Shown: in pieces, positions 1 to 9,641 of the stretch | Layout: every line of letters starts with the position of its first letter | How positions within the stretch are numbered: position 1 is the stretch's first letter | Assembly: GCA_037441385.1 (NCBI GenBank) | Contig: JBBISH010000047.1 | Span: forward strand, 1-41,968 | DNA from: Myxococcales bacterium | GTDB taxonomy: Bacteria; Myxococcota_A; UBA9042 | Length of the DNA stretch: 41,968 bases | Reading direction: 5' to 3' | The notes under the pieces: model-generated | Told to the model about the DNA's origin: nothing | What the model saw: only the letters and a program-made list of their open reading frames with translations | Databases searched by the model: none | Position numbers and translations under genes: made by a program

Positions 1-2727
1 CAAGGTCGAGATCCTCGGTTCCCTGGGGCAGGGGCGTCTCTTGACGCAGGTGCCGTACTTCGAGGAGATCGGCGTCACCTCGCCTGCCGCCATCATCCAG
101 GCATCAATGTCCATGTAGGGGAACAGGGTGGACGTCTTGTCGGCAAAGGCGCCCGAGCCGCTGTTTTCGAAGTAGGCAAAGCCCGTTCCCAACGTGCCCA
201 GGAGAAGATCGGGCTTGCCGTCACTGTTCACGTCGGCCGCAGAACAGCCCAGCGACGGCAACCACAGCGTCGCATCGATCTTGCTGAGGACGATCTGCAT
301 GCCTGTACTTTTGTTGAGCAATGCCCGGATCTGGTAGAGCGTCTTTCCCGGCCCCAGCGACTTGTGCTCGACCGTGACCAGGTCGTCGCGGTCGTCGCCG
401 TCCAGGTCGATGCCCAGCGCGCAATCGTTGTGCGTGTAGGTCAAGGCGTCGCCCAGGGCCAACTGGCCGGTGACGTCGATGAAATTCGCAAGTGGCTGAT
501 TCTCGAGGTTGAGCGGCGTGATGCCCGAGTACTCGGGGCCGCCCATGCCGACCGGCGGGCTGGTGTCGCTGTCGCTGGCGTCCGCGTCGCCACTCCCTGC
601 CGCGTCCGGCGTGCCGCCTGTACTTGGGCTTGGGCAGGTCGCCTCCGTCTCGTAGACTGCAAGCACCTGATCTGCCTGCGTCTTGCCGATCATCGACACG
701 CAGCCCGTCGGCCACCACACCACGATCTGGTCCAGGCTCGTCACGCTGCCCAGTCCAAAATGGCGCGGAAAGCTGCCGTGCGTGAGCGCCCCCGGACTGG
801 CCGAGATCTCGTGCTCTTGGACGTGGCCTTGCGCCCAGACCTGCACGCGCGCGCCCACGCCGCCCAGCGAACTCTGGTTGCTCTGCAAGTCCACTTCCAA
901 CCAGTGATTTTTGAGGGAGTCATTGCGCAATACGCGTACGAGGCCAGGCGGGCTCAGGTGCACCACGTCCAGGTCGCCGTCGTGGTCAAAGTCTGCCGAC
1001 GCCACGGCCAGCGGCGTGATGGTGGCCTCCGTGGTGGGCGCCCAGGGCACCGCTTGGGCCGTGAAGGTCGCGCCCTGATTGTGGAAAAGCACGTGGTGCC
1101 CAGGGTCCAGGTAGGGCGCCGGCTGGCTCTCTTGCACGGCTTGGGCCAGTTGCCCTGGCTTGGCCACCATCGAGAGGCTCGACCACAGGTCGGTCCAGCC
1201 GTCGTTGTCCAGATCGGCGGTCATCTGGCCCCAGGACACCGCGTACTGGCTGGGACCGGTGATGCCCGCGCTGGCGTCGGCCACTTTCCACGAACCGTTG
1301 GCCTGGCCGCGGTACAGGCTGATAGGGCCCACGTCGGCGGTGACGAAGTCGAGGCGGCCATCCAAGTCGAAGTCGGCCGTGCCGATGCCCATGGTGTGGC
1401 CATAAGGGCGCAAGCCGGCGGCACTGCCATGGGCCAAGTAGGTGCCATTGCCCTGGGACGTGAACCAGTGCGGCGCGGCAAAGTCGTTGCCGATGAACAG
1501 ATCCGGCCAGCCGTCGCGATCCACGTCGTGCACGGCGGCCACCAGACTTGCGCCAGGGTCGTCCACGCCCGAGCCCAAGCTCGCGTCGATCAACATGCCC
1601 TTGTCGTTGTGCATCATCAGGTTGCTGGCCCCCAACTCGAACGACGGGCAGCAAGTAAAGGTGTTGATTGGGTTTGTCGCGGTCGCTGCCAAGCATTGGG
1701 CGCTGGGAGTCCCTTTGCCATAGCAGCACTCGATGTACACGCCGTCAGCGGCAAAGCAGGCGTAGTTGCCGGGTTGCAGGTTCATGATGCCCGTGCGCGT
1801 CAGGTGCAAGTCTTGGACGCCGTCGCGATCGGCATCGAACGCGGCGGGCGACCACGCCATTACACCCTTGGCAAAGGCTGGCAGTGTGGCGGTGTCGTCG
1901 GCAAAGCCCAGCGAACTGTAGCGGAGCAGATGCAAGCCGGTCGTGGAGCCCAGCGCCACGTCCAAGTCGCCGTCGCTGTCCACATCGATGGGCGCACAGT
2001 CCAGAATCAGCGTACTGGACGGCAGGGTCGTGGTCGAAACCAGCCAGGGGCCGCTGTCGTTCTGCTCGTACAACCGGGCAAAACGCTTACTAGTCGGCCC
2101 CGTCGGCTGTTCGACGACGAGCAAGTCCTGGTTGCCGTCGCCATTGAAATCCTGCCAGAGCACGCACGAATCCACGTAGCCGAGCTTGCCCAGGCCCACG
2201 GCCGCGGTGATGTCGGTGAACACTGGGGCCGCAGTTGCGGGCGGCGATGGCCAGCCCGGCTTGGCGCAATCGACGCCTGGCACCGGAAAGCCTTTCTGCG
2301 GGCCGAGCTTTGTGAAGTACGCCAGCTTGGTCGGTGGGCACACGCCCAGCCAACTTGGGCCGGCCGCGTCGGCATCTGCGACGTCCGCGTCGGCGCTGGC
2401 GTCGATCAGACCGTCTGGTGCGTCGGCGTCCAGCGCATCGCTCACTCCATCGGCCGTCGCCGTGACCTCGGCGAAGCTGTCGCTGGCATCGGCGTCTTCG
2501 GCATCGGCCTGCTGGTCTTCAATGGCGTCGCCCCCGTCGACTTCTCCAGTCAAATCAAAGGTTTGTAAGGTGTCGCTGGCCACGTCGGCGCTCGCGTCGC
2601 CGTCGAGGCTGCTGTCGGCGGCTGCGCTATCGGCTTGGGGGGCCGCATCGCCCGACGACACCGCACCTTCGCTGCACGCCGAAGCCAGGACGTACACAGC
2701 GATGGCGGCGAGTGCTCGGCGAGCCAT
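1..2727 (-). CDS. Lipoprotein with FG-GAP/VCBS repeats and an ASPIC/UnbV domain (CRTAC1-like); 3'-partial
   Basis: Absent from the ORF track, consistent with no stop inside the window. Manual translation from ATG 2727 gives MARRALAAIAVYVLASAC (lipobox), an Asp/Ala linker, repeats DFNGDGNQDLL, DVDSDGDLDV, DVDRDGWPDLF, DFDLDGRLDF, DLDNDGWTDL and DFDHDGDLDVV, then NHWLEVDL..GARVQV..HFGLG..IVVWWPTG (ASPIC/UnbV) and a second FG-GAP block. The reading loses protein-like character below about nt 85. Confidence 0.88.
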   Translation of the reverse strand, partial: MARRALAAIAVYVLASACSEGAVSSGDAAPQADSAAADSSLDGDASADVASDTLQTFDLTGEVDGGDAIEDQQADAEDADASDSFAEVTATADGVSDALDADAPDGLIDASADADVADADAAGPSWLGVCPPTKLAYFTKLGPQKGFPVPGVDCAKPGWPSPPATAAPVFTDITAAVGLGKLGYVDSCVLWQDFNGDGNQDLLVVEQPTGPTSKRFARLYEQNDSGPWLVSTTTLPSSTLILDCAPIDVDSDGDLDVALGSTTGLHLLRYSSLGFADDTATLPAFAKGVMAWSPAAFDADRDGVQDLHLTRTGIMNLQPGNYACFAADGVYIECCYGKGTPSAQCLAATATNPINTFTCCPSFELGASNLMMHNDKGMLIDASLGSGVDDPGASLVAAVHDVDRDGWPDLFIGNDFAAPHWFTSQGNGTYLAHGSAAGLRPYGHTMGIGTADFDLDGRLDFVTADVGPISLYRGQANGSWKVADASAGITGPSQYAVSWGQMTADLDNDGWTDLWSSLSMVAKPGQLAQAVQESQPAPYLDPGHHVLFHNQGATFTAQAVPWAPTTEATITPLAVASADFDHDGDLDVVHLSPPGLVRVLRNDSLKNHWLEVDLQSNQSSLGGVGARVQVWAQGHVQEHEISASPGALTHGSFPRHFGLGSVTSLDQIVVWWPTGCVSMIGKTQADQVLAVYETEATCPSPSTGGTPDAAGSGDADASDSDTSPPVGMGGPEYSGITPLNLENQPLANFIDVTGQLALGDALTYTHNDCALGIDLDGDDRDDLVTVEHKSLGPGKTLYQIRALLNKSTGMQIVLSKIDATLWLPSLGCSAADVNSDGKPDLLLGTLGTGFAYFENSGSGAFADKTSTLFPYMDIDAWMMAAGEVTPISSKYGTCVKRRPCPREPRISTL

Positions 2728-2833
2728 GGGTGGAGTATACGGAACGGCCGTAGGGCCGGCAAACCCAAGTGCCGCGGTGGATTGGGGCGAGCCGCCGCAG
2801 CCGCCGCTGGGGCCAGGCCTTGCTCGGCTGCGC

Positions 2834-4252
2834 CTACTTGGCGGGCTTGGACGGAGGCTCGATGGGTAGGGCCAACTCGATCACCACCTTGGGGGTGTCG
2901 CCTTCTTCGTGATAGAGGTACGTGATCGTCATGCGCCGCTCGGCCGCGGCCTTGTAGCCGGCTTGTTCGGCTTCGAGCAAGAACACGGCGGCCGTGGCGG
3001 GAACTTCGCTGTAGGGGACCTCTAGCCAGCGGCGAACGATCGCGGGTTCGTTGGCATAGGGCTTGGTGTGGACCTGCAAGCCGCTGGCCGCCAATAGCAC
3101 CTGACTGCGCGGAATCAAAAGCAGATCGATGCCCTGGTCGCGGGCCTGGCCCAGCGGTGCCAACGCCTCGACCACGTCGTATTGCGACTCCCGCAGTGGA
3201 CTGGCCAGCAGCGCCGTCGCCTTTTGAATGGCGGGCACGAACTGGTCGTGGCTCCCCACCGCGAACTGCAGCGCCAAACCGCCAGGCCGTGTGCCGACTT
3301 GCAGTGACTTGGGCAGCGACATGGTCAGCGCCGACTTGGGCAGCTGCGCCCCAGGCTTGACGTCGACTACGCGCAACACCGCGTCGTCGCTGGTCTGATC
3401 GATCAGGCGAATCCGCAAGGTAGACGGGAGGTTCCAGGCGCCGATCTTGCGCGCGTCTTCGAACTCGATGTGCGCGTGCGAGGGCAGCGCATTGCCGCTC
3501 TCTTTGGCCTGGCGGTTGGAGCTGATGTCCATGCCGGTCAGGCGACGGCCGGTGGGGTCGAGCAGGACCGCGAACATCGCCACGCTAGCGATCGGCGCGC
3601 CGCCCGTGTCGTACGTAATGATGTTGTGCAGTTTGTCGTTCTCGGTGCCCGAGGCGGCGTGGACGACCTGCCAAGGGGGCTCGCCAATCCCCACGACCGC
3701 CGCGCCGCGCAGCGCCCAATGAACCGCGCGCATCAGACCGGTGGTCGGGCGCAAGCAGGGGACCACCACCTCTTGTCGGCGGACCCAGCACCCGCCATCC
3801 AGGTAGGCCAATTCGTCACCGCTTTCGTCGTCCTGCAACACCACTCCGCGACTGGCATCGAATTGCACCGTCGCCGTGCGCTGTTGAGCCCCGCTCATCA
3901 CGACGCGCCAGGTCGACTGGCCGAGCTGGCGCCGGGCCGTGGGCTCGCCGACGGCGTCCTCGGCCATCCGCAGCGCCTTGGCCATGTCGCTGGCTTCTTT
4001 GATGACGAAGTCGCCCGCGGGCCCGGCCTGCGGATTGCCCATCGCTGTCCAAGTCGGCATGGCGGGCGCCTCTACGGCCGATGCTGCCTCGGCCGCGGCG
4101 ACCGCGGTCGCACCTTGGGGTAGACCCACGCCGCCGGTGGTCGGTGCCGTCGCAGGCGCCTGCGCCGGGCCGGGTTTGAGCATCCAGGCTGCGCTGGCGC
4201 CAAGTCCGACCAGCAACAAACCCACCAGAGCGTTCTTTACTTGCGACGACAT
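2834..4252 (-). CDS. Membrane-anchored hypothetical protein, possible C-terminal GyrI-like domain
   Basis: Long ORF, likely start MSSQVKNALVGLLLVGLGASAAW (N-terminal TM). The C-terminus VPYSEVPATAAVFLLEAEQAGY...ITYLY...VIELALPIE resembles the GyrI-like fold. Confidence 0.65.
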   Translation of the reverse strand: MSSQVKNALVGLLLVGLGASAAWMLKPGPAQAPATAPTTGGVGLPQGATAVAAAEAASAVEAPAMPTWTAMGNPQAGPAGDFVIKEASDMAKALRMAEDAVGEPTARRQLGQSTWRVVMSGAQQRTATVQFDASRGVVLQDDESGDELAYLDGGCWVRRQEVVVPCLRPTTGLMRAVHWALRGAAVVGIGEPPWQVVHAASGTENDKLHNIITYDTGGAPIASVAMFAVLLDPTGRRLTGMDISSNRQAKESGNALPSHAHIEFEDARKIGAWNLPSTLRIRLIDQTSDDAVLRVVDVKPGAQLPKSALTMSLPKSLQVGTRPGGLALQFAVGSHDQFVPAIQKATALLASPLRESQYDVVEALAPLGQARDQGIDLLLIPRSQVLLAASGLQVHTKPYANEPAIVRRWLEVPYSEVPATAAVFLLEAEQAGYKAAAERRMTITYLYHEEGDTPKVVIELALPIEPPSKPAK

Positions 4253-4362
4253 GGACTGCACACCGCGCACCCAGGTCGGGCGACCAAGGCAGGTTGGCGC
4301 AACGTCAGGCCGATTGCAAGAACCCGGATGCGGGTCGGGAATGCTGCCGGGCAGCCAAGGGT

Positions 4363-4391
4363 TTGACGCTCTGGCGGGTGGGCGGTACCCT
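4363..4391 (+). promoter_or_regulatory. sigma70-type promoter candidate
   Basis: TTGACG-17 nt-TACCCT upstream of the 4442 operon. Confidence 0.55.
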
Positions 4392-4441
4392 TCGCAGCGC
4401 GGTTGGACCCGCCGCCCGAACCTTTTTCAGTGAGTTACGCC

Positions 4442-4963
4442 ATGTTCGTTTGCTCTGTTCCGCGTCGCCCTGTGACTTTGCTGCGCTTTGCCCTGCATCT
4501 GCTGGCGGCCCTGGCCCTGGCGGCTCTGGTGGCGGCTTGCGGTCCTGGCTACCTGGATGCGGCCAAGAAGGTTCCGGCCTCGGACCAGAACAAGCAGGTT
4601 TACGAGGTGGTCAAGGCCTATCACGCTGCCGTAGAGAACAAGGACGTGGAAGCCCTGCGCAAGATGATCAGCCAGCGCTACTACGAAAACGGCGGCACCA
4701 CCGACGATCCGACCGACGACTACGGCTACGACAAATGCATCCAGCGCATCGAGATGCTGGTCAAGAACGTCAAGCGCGCCCAGCTGAAAATCCGCTTGGT
4801 GGACATGCAGGTGTCGGGCGACGATGCCACGGTCGACTACCAGTACGTGGGCCGGGCGCTGCTGACCGAAGGCAACGTGGACGCGTACCGCACCTACGAC
4901 AGCTTCTCGCGCATGAAGTTGGCACGCGAAGACGGCCGTTGGATGATCACCGGGGGATTGTAG
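4442..4963 (+). CDS. NTF2/SnoaL-like lipoprotein
   Basis: Hydrophobic signal ending LVAAC. The pattern VVKAYHAAVENKDVEALRKMISQRY...GDDATVDY...KLAREDGRWMI is typical of the NTF2-like fold. Start codon uncertain. Confidence 0.75.
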   Translation: MFVCSVPRRPVTLLRFALHLLAALALAALVAACGPGYLDAAKKVPASDQNKQVYEVVKAYHAAVENKDVEALRKMISQRYYENGGTTDDPTDDYGYDKCIQRIEMLVKNVKRAQLKIRLVDMQVSGDDATVDYQYVGRALLTEGNVDAYRTYDSFSRMKLAREDGRWMITGGL

Positions 4964-4966
4964 CCG

Positions 4967-7939
4967 GTGAGCGCACGCATGCTGTGGCTGCACTGCGCCG
5001 TTGCGCTGGCCACGGTGGCCGTCCTGGCCGGGCCGGTGTGGGCCGAACAAACCCCGCTGGAACGCGAAGTGGGCGACGCGCTGCTGCACGGGCGCATGGA
5101 CGCCGCGCTCAAGGCCGTTCAGGCTACTGCGTTGGACCGCGGCAGTCCGCTGGGCCCTTCGACCCCGCTCTGGAAGGTGAATTGGAGCCCCGGTGAGGCC
5201 CTGGCCGTGGCGCGGTATTGTCAGCGCGGTGGGGACCACGAGGCGGTGCGCAAGCTGCTGCGCCCGCAAGTCGAGAGCAAGAAACCGGATCCGACCGCCA
5301 CGCTGGTGCTGGCCGAGACCGAGCGCCAGACCGGCAAGGCCGAAGCGCGCCTGGCCCTGCTCACGCTCGCGGCGCAGGCCTGGCCGACCAATCCGCAACT
5401 GCGGGTGCGGCTTGGCGAACAGATGATCGATCTGGGCCAGCAAGTGGCGGCGCGCAAGCTGTTGGATCCGCTGGCCGACGACTACCAAGATGGCAAGTTC
5501 AGCGACACCGCGGATTTGGTGGCGGTGGCCGAGTCTTTGATTCTGGGCGGCTACCCGCGCGACGCCCTGAGCGTGCTGCAAAAGGCCGAGGAAGGCGCCG
5601 CAGAAGCCGGCGAGGTGGTGCAGGTCGAGTTGGCGATTGCCGAGCTGTTCCTAAGTAAATACAACTATCGCGACAGCGACAAGGCCTTCAAGAAGGTGCT
5701 GGCCATCGACCCAAGCCACCCGCGCGCCCAGGTGGGAATGGCGCGCATCGACCTGGCCAGCGACTCGGATGTAGGCAGTGCCCGCCGACGCGTGGACCAA
5801 TTGTTGCAGCAAAATCCATCGTTGCTGGATGCCATCAGCCTGCGCGCCGAGGTCGCCCTGCAGGACGAAGACTGGCCGGCGGCGCGGCAGATGGTGCAGC
5901 GCGGGCTGGCGCAGCGCGCCGATGCCTTGCAAGTCCGCTATGTGCAAGGTGCTCTCTGTCAGCTGACCGACGACAACGCCTGTTGGAAAGAGGCCGAAGC
6001 CGCCGTGCGCAAATTGAACCGCGACAACGGCGAGTTCTACCTGGTCGCGGCCGAGTATCTGGTCTTGGGGCATCGCTACCGCGACGCACAGAAGCTCTTG
6101 GCGACCGCAATTGCCCGCGATGGCGAGCTGTGGCCGGCTCACGCCGCGATGGGCGTGGCGCTGGCCCGGGAAGCGGACGACGTGGGCGCGAAAAAACACT
6201 TGGAGATGGCCTACTCCGGTGACCCGTTCGATGTGCGGACCGCCAATCAACTCCACGTGTTGTACGACGACTACCTGCAGAACATGCAACTGGTCCCGGG
6301 CCCGGCGGTAGACGTGCGGTTGCACAAGCGCGAACGCAAAGGCCTGGAGCCGTCGGTGGTGCCGTGGCTGCAAGGTGCCGTGGAACAGTTGGCGCAGCTG
6401 TATGGGTTCAAGGCCGAGCGGCCGTTGCAGATCGAGATTTTTCCTGACCTGCAAGCATTTTCGGTGCGAACGGTGGGTCTGCCGCAGCTGGGCGCCCACG
6501 CGGTTTGCTTTGGCCACCTGGTGACATCGCGCTCACCGGCCGCGGAGCCCTTCAACTGGAAGATGGTCCTGTACCACGAGCTCTCGCACGTGTTTCACAT
6601 GCAGGCCAGCGGGGGCCGCGTACCGCGCTGGTTGACCGAGGGCCTGGCGATGATGGAGGCCGCGTGGCTGGACCCGCGCTACCAGCAACGCGACGACCGC
6701 CGCGCCTGGGACCGCTTGCAGGACGGGCGGCTGGCCAAGCTGGCCACCTTCAACTTGGCGTTTTCGCAGGCGCGGTCCATGCAGGACATCTTGGACGCCT
6801 ACGATCAAGCGATGCGCACGGTGGATTTTCTGGCCGAGCGGTACGGCAAAGACAAGGTGCGGCAGCTGATCCTGCAGCACACGGCCGGGTCGAATACCCT
6901 GGCGTTGCTCAAGAAGATCTACGGCAAGGACGCCGCAGAGTTGGACGCCGAGTTTGCGGCGTGGCTGCGCGAGCGGCTGGGGCACTTTGCCCGCGACTTT
7001 CGGCCACGGGTGGACGCGGAGGCGCGCCGGCTGGGCGTCAAGCAGGACAAGGACAGCGATGAGCCCGCGGCCGTGCCCAAACAGCGCGATCCGCTGCGGC
7101 AGGCGCTGGCCGAGGCGATGCTGGCGATGCAGCGCGGGGTTGATCCGCGGCCGATGTTGCAGCGCGCCCAAGCTACGTCGCTGGCGGGCCTGCCCGACGA
7201 CGCGTGGCGCGACCAGTGCGCGGCGCAGTTCTGGCTGATGGAACTCAGTCTCCACGCGGGGGATCGGCCTGCGGCGGCCAAAGAGGCAGCGGCGCTGGCC
7301 GCCCAGCCCGGCGGGCGCTGCGATGGCGTGCGCCAGCAACTGGTGTTGGCGGCGGCCAGCGGCCAGGATCCCAAGGCGGCGGTGGCGCATCTGCGGGCGG
7401 CCCAGGCGATCGACCCACGGGACGGAGCCTTGCGCGAGCGGCTGCGCTTGGCCCAACAGAAAGCCATGCCTGCGGCGCTTGGGCCAGGCGGCGGCGAGGC
7501 GGCCACTTGGTACGCGGCTTTGGCGGGCAGCAAGCCAGCCGTACTGCTGACCGATGCCGAGAATTTGGCGGCCGGCGAGCTGCACCAACCTCAGCCCGTC
7601 GCCGATCTGGCCGATCTGGCCTGGCACCTCGCCAACGAGGCGACCGACACGACCGTGCAAGTTCAGGCCAAGAAAGCGTTTTATCACGCTGCCGACTGGT
7701 ACGACGAACGGGCTCCGGCGACAGCGCTCGCGCCGTTGTTGGCCGCCCGTGCGCAAGTGCTGCAAGGCCAGCCCAAGGCCGCACTGGCGCTGTTTCGCCA
7801 GGCGGCCGATCGCAGCGCGACCGAGACCGAGCAAAACGCCGTGTGGTGTGAGCTGGAAAAGGTGGCGGGCCGCGCCGGGGCCAAGGCCGATCAGGCGGAA
7901 GCGGGCCGCCGGTGCCAGCGATCGACGGCGCCCAAGTGA
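4967..7939 (+). CDS. Exported TPR-repeat protein with a peptidase MA-like (gluzincin) domain
   Basis: Signal peptide, multiple TPR-like helices (FKKVLAIDPSHPRAQVGMARI), and VLYHELSHVFH...PRWLTEGLA (HExxH plus downstream E). Confidence 0.85.
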   Translation: MSARMLWLHCAVALATVAVLAGPVWAEQTPLEREVGDALLHGRMDAALKAVQATALDRGSPLGPSTPLWKVNWSPGEALAVARYCQRGGDHEAVRKLLRPQVESKKPDPTATLVLAETERQTGKAEARLALLTLAAQAWPTNPQLRVRLGEQMIDLGQQVAARKLLDPLADDYQDGKFSDTADLVAVAESLILGGYPRDALSVLQKAEEGAAEAGEVVQVELAIAELFLSKYNYRDSDKAFKKVLAIDPSHPRAQVGMARIDLASDSDVGSARRRVDQLLQQNPSLLDAISLRAEVALQDEDWPAARQMVQRGLAQRADALQVRYVQGALCQLTDDNACWKEAEAAVRKLNRDNGEFYLVAAEYLVLGHRYRDAQKLLATAIARDGELWPAHAAMGVALAREADDVGAKKHLEMAYSGDPFDVRTANQLHVLYDDYLQNMQLVPGPAVDVRLHKRERKGLEPSVVPWLQGAVEQLAQLYGFKAERPLQIEIFPDLQAFSVRTVGLPQLGAHAVCFGHLVTSRSPAAEPFNWKMVLYHELSHVFHMQASGGRVPRWLTEGLAMMEAAWLDPRYQQRDDRRAWDRLQDGRLAKLATFNLAFSQARSMQDILDAYDQAMRTVDFLAERYGKDKVRQLILQHTAGSNTLALLKKIYGKDAAELDAEFAAWLRERLGHFARDFRPRVDAEARRLGVKQDKDSDEPAAVPKQRDPLRQALAEAMLAMQRGVDPRPMLQRAQATSLAGLPDDAWRDQCAAQFWLMELSLHAGDRPAAAKEAAALAAQPGGRCDGVRQQLVLAAASGQDPKAAVAHLRAAQAIDPRDGALRERLRLAQQKAMPAALGPGGGEAATWYAALAGSKPAVLLTDAENLAAGELHQPQPVADLADLAWHLANEATDTTVQVQAKKAFYHAADWYDERAPATALAPLLAARAQVLQGQPKAALALFRQAADRSATETEQNAVWCELEKVAGRAGAKADQAEAGRRCQRSTAPK

Positions 7940-8070
7940 GCGGCCGCCGCCACGCCGCTGGCCCAACCGGTATAACCTGGCGGGTCGCGGCCGAGTCGGG
8001 CCCCACCGCTTGACCCCAGCTTGGAGCGCGGCCGACAATGGCCAGCGGATGCACCCCAGCGAGTGAGGCC

Positions 8071-8829
8071 ATGGCCGACATCTACGAAGTCTACAACCGC
8101 TGCGGATCTTGCCGACATTTTGTGGTCCTCCACACCGATCGCATGGGCCGCACCATGGGCGAGTGCCGCGGCCGGCCGACTCACCCCGAGGTGCCGGCCC
8201 ACGAGTACGGCTGCCCGGAGTATCACCTGGACCGCGAACGCATCTTGCCAGGGTCGCCGGTGCCCGAAGACGCCGACCTGGCCCCGCGGCTGCGCGAGCA
8301 AGCCCGCCGCACCGAGCTGGCACGCCACCGCTTTGAAAGCCGCCCAACTGTACGCGTGCGAATGGTGCGGCCTTCAGACATCGAACCCGTGCGCCGGCGC
8401 CCGGATGCGGTCCCGCTGGCGCTTGCCGACGACCTTGCAGACCCGCAATCGGAGTCGACCGAACTCCGCCAGGACACTATGCAACGTAGCGAACTGAAAG
8501 CCTTGTTGGCCGAGGTGCTTGAGGAAGCACTCGGCGTTGCCGACGCACCCATTCATCCGCGCTACCACGGTGGCAAGGTGGTGATCCAGCCCGCCAACCC
8601 CGAGCTGCAGGCCAAAGAGATCGACATCGAAGTCTTCTTCCGCAAAATCGTGACGATGCGCGACAAGCTGCGGGTGCTGGAGCAGCGGATCAACGCGTCG
8701 GACAAGCTGGAGACGGCCGAAAAGGTCCAGCTGCAACAGTACATCACCGGCTGCTACGGCTCGATGACGAGTTTCAACTTCTTGTTCCGCGACCGCGAAG
8801 ACTGGTTCGTGGGCGAGTCGGGCAAGTAG
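8071..8829 (+). CDS. Conserved hypothetical protein with a Cys-rich N-terminal domain
   Basis: ATG after GAGG. N-terminal CGSC..C..C. The C-terminal KEIDIEVFFRKIVTMRDKLRVLEQRIN...LQQYITGCYGSMTSFNFLF resembles an uncharacterised family as I recall it. Confidence 0.75.
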   Translation: MADIYEVYNRCGSCRHFVVLHTDRMGRTMGECRGRPTHPEVPAHEYGCPEYHLDRERILPGSPVPEDADLAPRLREQARRTELARHRFESRPTVRVRMVRPSDIEPVRRRPDAVPLALADDLADPQSESTELRQDTMQRSELKALLAEVLEEALGVADAPIHPRYHGGKVVIQPANPELQAKEIDIEVFFRKIVTMRDKLRVLEQRINASDKLETAEKVQLQQYITGCYGSMTSFNFLFRDREDWFVGESGK

Positions 8830-8831
8830 CC

Positions 8832-9641
8832 GTGACGCGCGCGCTGCAACTCAGCCGGCCGCTGGTCGCCTTTGATTTGGAGACCACCGGGTTGGACGTG
8901 GAGCAAGATCGCATCGTCGAGCTGTCGCTCGTCAAGCTCACGCCCGATGGCGAGCGGCAGATTCGGACTCGCCGCATCCATCCGGGTCGGCCCATCCCGC
9001 CCGAGGCCACGGCGGTCCACGGAATTGGCGACGCCGACGTGGCCGACTGCCCGCGGTTTGGCCAAGTCGCGAAAAGCCTGGCCGAGTGGCTGCGCGGCTG
9101 CGATCTGACGGGTTACAACATCGAGCGTTTTGATCTGCGACTGCTGGCCGCCGAGTTCAAGCGCGAAGGCATCGAGTGGCCGGAGTCCGGTACCCAGACC
9201 GTGGATGCCTTTGTGATCTTTGCCAAAAAGGAGCCGCGCGATCTGACGGCTGCGCTGCGTTTGTACTGCGACCGCGAGCTGGTGGGCGCCCACAGCGCCG
9301 AGGCCGACACCCTGGCGTCGCTGGACGTGCTGCTTGGGCAGATTCGCAAGTACGACGACTTGCCGGACACCGTGGCGGGCCTGCACGAGTACACCCATGC
9401 GCGCGACCCCAGCTGGATCGACGCCAGCGGCAAGCTGGTGTGGAATGCCGACAATCAAGCCGCCATCGGCTTTGGCAAGTACAAGGGCAAGGCCCTGAGC
9501 GAGATGATGGCGATGGATCCCGGCTACTTGCGCTGGATGCTGAGCAAGGATTTTGGCGACGATGTCAAGGCGGTGCTGGCGCAGGCGCTGGAGCGGCGCT
9601 ATCCGGTGCGGCCTCCACTGGTCGACAAGCCAGTTCTGTAG
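8832..9641 (+). CDS. DEDDh 3'-5' exonuclease (DnaQ/Pol III epsilon-like)
   Basis: ExoI FDLETTG, ExoII GYNIERFD, ExoIII AHSAEADT, and a C-terminal FGKYKG...DPGYLRWM extension. Confidence 0.92.
   Translation: MTRALQLSRPLVAFDLETTGLDVEQDRIVELSLVKLTPDGERQIRTRRIHPGRPIPPEATAVHGIGDADVADCPRFGQVAKSLAEWLRGCDLTGYNIERFDLRLLAAEFKREGIEWPESGTQTVDAFVIFAKKEPRDLTAALRLYCDRELVGAHSAEADTLASLDVLLGQIRKYDDLPDTVAGLHEYTHARDPSWIDASGKLVWNADNQAAIGFGKYKGKALSEMMAMDPGYLRWMLSKDFGDDVKAVLAQALERRYPVRPPLVDKPVL

Noticed and set aside
364..2568. 734-aa plus-strand ORF
   Set aside because: Exact antisense frame of the FG-GAP lipoprotein, with no motifs of its own.
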